From Eledone cirrhosa (lineage: Eukaryota), in assembly GCA_964016885.1 (NCBI GenBank), contig OZ024745.1:110670001-110734000 (forward strand): a DNA stretch of 64,000 bases, in the 5' to 3' direction. The notes under the pieces are model-generated. The model did not search any database. It worked only from the letters and a program-made list of their open reading frames with translations, and was not told the origin of the DNA. Position numbers and translations under genes: made by a program. Each line of letters opens with the position of its first letter. Position 1 is the first letter of the stretch. This document shows positions 56,397-64,000 of the stretch, in pieces.

Positions 56397-56429
<33 letters not shown>

Positions 56430-56892
56430 GCAAACACACACACACATACCTAGATATATTTCTTTCATAAAAAAGTATACATATAGGCTTCTTCGTGAAG
56501 GAAATATATTTGTATTGTATAGCAAGAAAAGGGTTTAAAAAAACTCTGTTTTATAGTTATTTATACAAAATTTAAGATTCATTTTTAATAAAAAATAGAA
56601 GAAAATATCATATATTATATATTTCAACATCACATCATCGACACACACACACACACACCCACACCCACACACACACACACTTGTTTATGATGTAAAGAGA
56701 ATTATTTTATCAATCTTTATACTTTCAAATTAACCCTTTTGATACCAAATATCCTGAAAGCACTCCTAGTTCTTCAATGCAAAACTGTTTATTTTAAAGT
56801 ATTTATATTCATCTAGAAAGAAAAAAAGCTTTCATCATAATCTTATTAATATGAAAGTTAGTTATATTACTAAATCCATCCAAATTCTTATT

Positions 56893-57022
56893 TTTCTTCT
56901 TCTGCTTTGCCCACTTATTCCATGGAGGGTCATAGGAGGTAGAGTCCTCAAACTCTTCCTGTCAGAGGCAACCATCCCCAAATGATCCAGCTAGAACCCC
57001 AAGCATCACCAGCTAAGCTCAT
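56893..57022 (-). mobile_element. RTE (Rex3-like) LINE 3' tail inside a MITE-like repeat
   Basis: Homologous to 7165-7310. Confidence 0.75.
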
Positions 57023-57249
57023 TATTTAAAAAATTATTTAAACATCATAGACAATGTTGTTCATTAGAAATATGATAGCAGAAATGTCAAACTTTACTAA
57101 ACCTTTAGAAAATACTGAGCATATTTATTTTTTTAAGAATGACTGCTAAAAGAATTTAGTGGTTTCATTTTGCATTCAAATATATTTACATCCAAAGTAA
57201 AACCCCAACTACTTCTTCTTCTCACACACAGAACTAACTAACTTTCACG

Positions 57250-58955
<1,706 letters not shown>

Positions 58956-58971
58956 CCCCCCCCCCCCCCCA

Positions 58972-59240
58972 CCGCAAGGTGGTCGTGGAGGTGCCACGGC
59001 AAAAAAGCACCCAGCCCACACTGTAAAGTGGACGTGTAGGCGCCACGAAAAAGCACCCAGCACTCACTGTAAATGAGGTTGGTGTTAGGAAGGGCATCCA
59101 GCTGTAGAAATCAAGCCAGATCAGTTCCTGTATGAGCAAGGCATGGTCAGCCGACCAGACACTGCCCACAACAGGACAACCCGTCTAACCCATGCTAGCG
59201 TGGAAGAACGGACGTAAAACGGTGATGATGATGATGATGA
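58972..59240 (+). mobile_element. RTE-tailed retroelement (longest copy in the window)
   Basis: Two gccacg..aaaaagcacccagc units, ggtgttaggaagggcatccagctgtagaaa, and aacccatgctagcgtggaagaacggacgtaaaacgg(tga)n. Confidence 0.8.
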
Positions 59241-59674
59241 TATATATATATGTGTGTGTGTGTATGTGTGTGTATACAAACAAACCATTTTTTGCAAGCA
59301 TACACACACACCCATGTACAAATGTGTGTGTGTGTGTGTTACTTGTACACTTGTACATACACCTGCAGTTGATTTTATTTAAACTAAACAGACTTTTAAT
59401 ATTCCTTTGTATACATTTCAGCCTTCTAATGATAAAAACACTTCTTAAAGAGTAAAAAGAACTTTTTAAAATATACTAATAGCAAAGAAAAATTACAACA
59501 GCACTATCAATCACTTTGCATTTTGTTTTTTTGACATTTTTCATAGGAACAAAATATATTGTTAAATAAATAAAACACTATTTTCTAAAGCAGTTATTTA
59601 TTCAATCAGTATTAAATTAGTATAAAAATAAATTAATGTAAACTTTAGAATAGGAACGAGTAAACATAAAAGCT

Positions 59675-59711
<37 letters not shown>

Positions 59712-59867
59712 CATCTACAATGTTCCATACTGGAATGGGTTGGACAGGATGCTTTGAAACAATGTTTTACAGCTAGATAAGATACCCTTCCTGATGCCAA
59801 CCATTTTAGTTACCTATTAGGATATGTATTGATATAGGGATATGGGGTACTTATTCTAAAAACTGTG

Positions 59868-59909
<42 letters not shown>

Positions 59910-60591
59910 TGTGTATACATATATATACATTTTGTGTGTGGGTGTGTGTATATATATATATGTGTGTGTGTGTGTGTATGTGTAAAAGTCCTCACAGACA
60001 TAGCTTAATGGCTAAGGAGTTTCCTTAGCAATCATGAGGTTCTTACTACATACCACCTGAGGCAAGTATCTTTTACCCCATAGCCTTGGGTTGAACTAAG
60101 TCTTGTGAGTGAACTTGGGTTGGCAGAAAACTCTATTGGGGTGAAAACTCTATTGGGGTCCATGAGATTGACTGTACCTGTAATTCAAAAGGCCAACTAT
60201 TTTACATTATGTCACACTGATTCTGCCTGATTAAGGGTTACACATGTGTGGAATACTCAGCCAGTTGCAATAAGTAGGCAGTCCATCTGATTGAACATAT
60301 GTATACTCATTATCGAGACTCACCTAAATCCATTTACTTTATAGAATCTTAGCTTATGTGTACACATACATACAGATATATATGAATGATAATGATGATA
60401 TACATAAATACACACACACACACACACACACACACATAATTACACACATATATATAGTTTTTTGAAGTGTGTTGGGAACTGAAATTTCAATGCAGCAATT
60501 ACCTACTTTTTCCATCTCATTCACAATTATTTCATAGTTATTCATCCAATGTGGTTCTTCGCCCTGTCGTAAAAAAAAAAAAAAAGATGGC

Positions 60592-60688
<97 letters not shown>

Positions 60689-62309
60689 TCACACACATAC
60701 TCTTACATATTTGCATATATGTTTATGTATGAGTGTATTTAATTAATATTATTGTGGTTTTATTTTCCTATCATTTGTAAGGGTCAACCCTTTTCTTACC
60801 ACATTTTTTAATGAAATATACTGTTTATAATTTTCAAATCATTTTGAATAGAAAATAACTGAAAATATTGGAGGGATTTATTCATTATTAATTTGGTGTC
60901 TGGACCATAACTTAGCTGAAACTTTTACATAAAATGATAATAGATTTTTAGATAAATATAAACATATTAAAATAGTGACAGAGTAGTTTAATGAGGTTTG
61001 CTATCAAAAGAGTTAAGTTGAATTTCACTTATGGAAATTCATTTGTTGACAAAATTCAGCTGTGACAAAAAATCTTCTAAATTACTTTTCCTAACTTTGG
61101 AATCCTTTTATTTAGCTTTCCTTTCCTTTTAAAAATACTGTCTTGTCTTGTCATCCAAATCATTTCTGACAGTAGGGTGGGGGAGAGGAAAGTTCTTTTT
61201 TTACTTAGTGAGCAATGTGATATATTTTATTTACCAAACAAAAAAGACTCACTGTCAATTTGTGGAAACATATTCACTTGACAACAACAACAACAAAAAT
61301 AAAAAGAGAATATATAATAACAAATAACAGTTACTTTCTTAATTTTGTTCTTTTGGGTCTTGTCTTTCAACTTAACACTTTCTGCAACCATATTTTAATT
61401 TATTTATGAAGAATTTGGAGGGATGATCTAGAATTATCAATTATTTTATTCACCAAGATGGTATTTGTAGCATAAAAGATTCTTATATAAAATAATGTCA
61501 CAAGTTAATAATTTAAATAGGAACCCTTTAAAATGGAACCTGAGAAAATTTGGGCCAGTTTTAGCACCAAAGTTGTCAATTTTCATATAAAGCAGCCCCT
61601 CACTTTGAATTTCTAACATCAAATTATAAGTATAAAATTTTAATTAAAAAAATAAAAAAATTCTGCATTGAAGTGCTTCTTTTCTACGATTTAGATTGTA
61701 GAAACAAATGTTCTAAATTGCCTTAATTGATGTTAATTAACATTTAATTTGTTTTGGAAGCACCGAGTAAAAAATGTATAGATAAATATACTTGTTGCTT
61801 TAGAATCTAGTTTAACACTTTCCTTACTGTGTTTCTAATATAAAACACTGCCTATGATTTTTAAATCATTTTGAAAAATAATCAAGAATTTTAAGGATTT
61901 TTGTAATAAAACTAAATTTCTCCTTGTGGTGTTTGGAACATAACTTAACAAAGATTCTTACATAAAATTATGATGCAAAGTTTTTAGATAATTAAAACAA
62001 ACAGTTTAGTTTAGTATCATAGAACTATAGGCAGCTTTTTGGCAGTTTGGTTTCAGTAGGGCTAAATGTATCTGTTGCTTTAGAATCTAATTGGTTGAAA
62101 TAATTAATTTCTATAATTCTTTCTTATAGAAAATTCTGAATTATTTACATTCAAATTAACTCATTTTCAAGCCTTTGTCATCTGATATTAAATTAATTTC
62201 AACTCATTTTATTTTATGTTGATGCTGACTTGAATGCAACGTACTATTTTTGTAATTCTGTAATTCTAAATCCCCTTGTAGTAGGATTTACTATTAATTA
62301 TCAATAATA

Positions 62310-63245
62310 AGGGTTGTGGAATGGGAGTGTCGGTTGAGCACCAGACACCATGCTTTGTGGCATATATTTACTGATCTTTACATTCTTAGTTCAAATCCTT
62401 CTGAGGTTAGATTTGCTTTCATCCTTATGGGGTTAATAGAATAAAGTACCAGTGATGCACTGGGGTTGATTTAATCAACTTCCCCCTCCCCTCAAAACTT
62501 GTTGACTTTGTGCCTAAATCAGAAACCATTATTATTTATTAATTATCAAATAACGAATGTATACAATGAAAAATATTTTAAATTACATATTTATATTGTT
62601 AGCTGTTTTTCATTGTTAATATTGTTAATAGTTATTGAAAGGGTAGTAGATTGATAGAATCATGACAATATCCAACAAAATACCTTGTGGTATTTGTTCC
62701 ATCCCTATCCAATCTGAAACCACATCAGCTTTGCTTTTCATTCCACCCTCCTGAGGGCTCAATAAAATAAAGTATCAGTCAAACACTGGGGTCGATGTAA
62801 TTGACTTACCCCTTACCCCTAAGAATTGCTAGCCTTGTGCCTAAATTAGAAAATATTATTAATAGCTATTGAGGGTGTGGTATTTGCTTTCATCTTTCTA
62901 TTGTCTGAGTTCAAATCCCTGTAGGCTCAATTTTGTCTTACATTCCTCCACGGTTGATAAAATAACTAACAGGCATGTAATGATGTCAATTCAATCAACT
63001 ATACCCACCTCCACACAAAAAATGGGCTCTTGTGTTTCAAAGCATTATTAATAGGTGGATTGGCAGTATCGGTAGAGGGTCGGACGCCATGCTTTGACAC
63101 ATAGAGTTACGGCCCTTGCCATTCTGAGTTCAAATCCCGCCAAGGTTAACTTTGGCTTTCATCCTTATGTGGTCGATAAAATAAAGTACCAGTAATGCAC
63201 TGGGTAATTTGGTGGCCTTGTGCCAAAGGTAGAAACAATTATTAA
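62310..63245 (+). mobile_element. Cluster of four co-oriented SINE-A copies of different ages
   Basis: Copies at about 62310-62535, 62640-62860, 62870-63050 and 63053-63245. Confidence 0.8.
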
Positions 63246-63414
63246 TAGATAGCTTAAGTTTCAATATTTAGCATTTCTACATTACTATATTTCTAATGAA
63301 AGACATTCACTGTGATTTTCAAATAATTTGAAAATAAATAATTTGGAAGTAATTAGTAATATTACTAAACCATTTCTATATTAAGTTGGTATTTAGAACA
63401 TAACTTTAGAAAAG

Positions 63415-63525
63415 TTTTAATAGAAGGTTTTATTTTCATAGAACAGAATGTTTTAATAGAAGGTTTTATTTTCATAGAACAGAATGTTTTAATAGAAGGT
63501 TTTATTTTCATAGACAGAATGTTTT
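63415..63525. repeat. 36-bp tandem triplication inside MITE family 2
   Basis: tagaaggttttattttcatagaacagaatgttttaa at 63421, 63457 and 63493. Confidence 0.9.
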
Positions 63526-64000
63526 TGTATCATAGAACTGGGAACGGTTTAAGCAGTTTGGTATGAAAAGGGTTAAATTTTTCCTTTATTACTTAATTGA
63601 AATTATCTGTGGGTAGTGGCTGTTTTAAAACTTCGTCACAGAATGCTTAACATTCAGTGTTGCAACATAAAAGGAAACATGTGTTGCATCATAGCTAACA
63701 TGCAATAAGATAATGTAAACCTTACTGCGGTGTTAGTATTTTAGAATATTTTACAGATAACATCTAATCTATTTACTTATTTACAAGATGTACACATTGC
63801 AATGTAACATCCTATTTTATGTAATTTAGCCAATGTTGTTATTGTTGTTTTTATATATACTGTATTTGCTTGTGAGTGGACATATACACTCATTTATAAA
63901 CCTCTTCATATAAACATAAATGTATGTACACAATCTGATGATAATTGTATACATTCATTTATACATGTATGTGTGTATGTATTTATATATATATATATAG

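Overview
AT-rich eukaryotic genomic DNA, almost entirely non-coding. It is most likely from a cephalopod (octopus), inferred from the SINE and RTE-tail repeat families and the very high (TA)n/(CA)n microsatellite load. No long ORF in the track is a credible gene; nearly all are translations of microsatellites. The window holds many tRNA-derived SINEs, 3' fragments of RTE and Vingi/Ingi-like LINEs, piggyBac-like (TTAA), hAT and Tc1/mariner MITEs, and several minisatellites. A CpG-retaining central block (about 30.3-46.7 kb) contains candidate promoter and first-exon signals. The strongest signals are: (1) at least five sequence-distinct families of short elements carrying type I hammerhead ribozyme (HHR) motifs, most with a palindromic helix III loop and most embedded in (TA)n tracts, several built as long foldbacks that put an HHR on both strands and clustered at 28.8-33 kb (Penelope-like/retrozyme-like); (2) a U6 snRNA fragment fused directly to an RTE-type 3' tail, sitting between HHR-remnant inverted arms; (3) reciprocal nesting of SINEs and piggyBac-like MITEs, including an inverted MITE dimer. 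All calls were made by eye; no database search or folding program was run.
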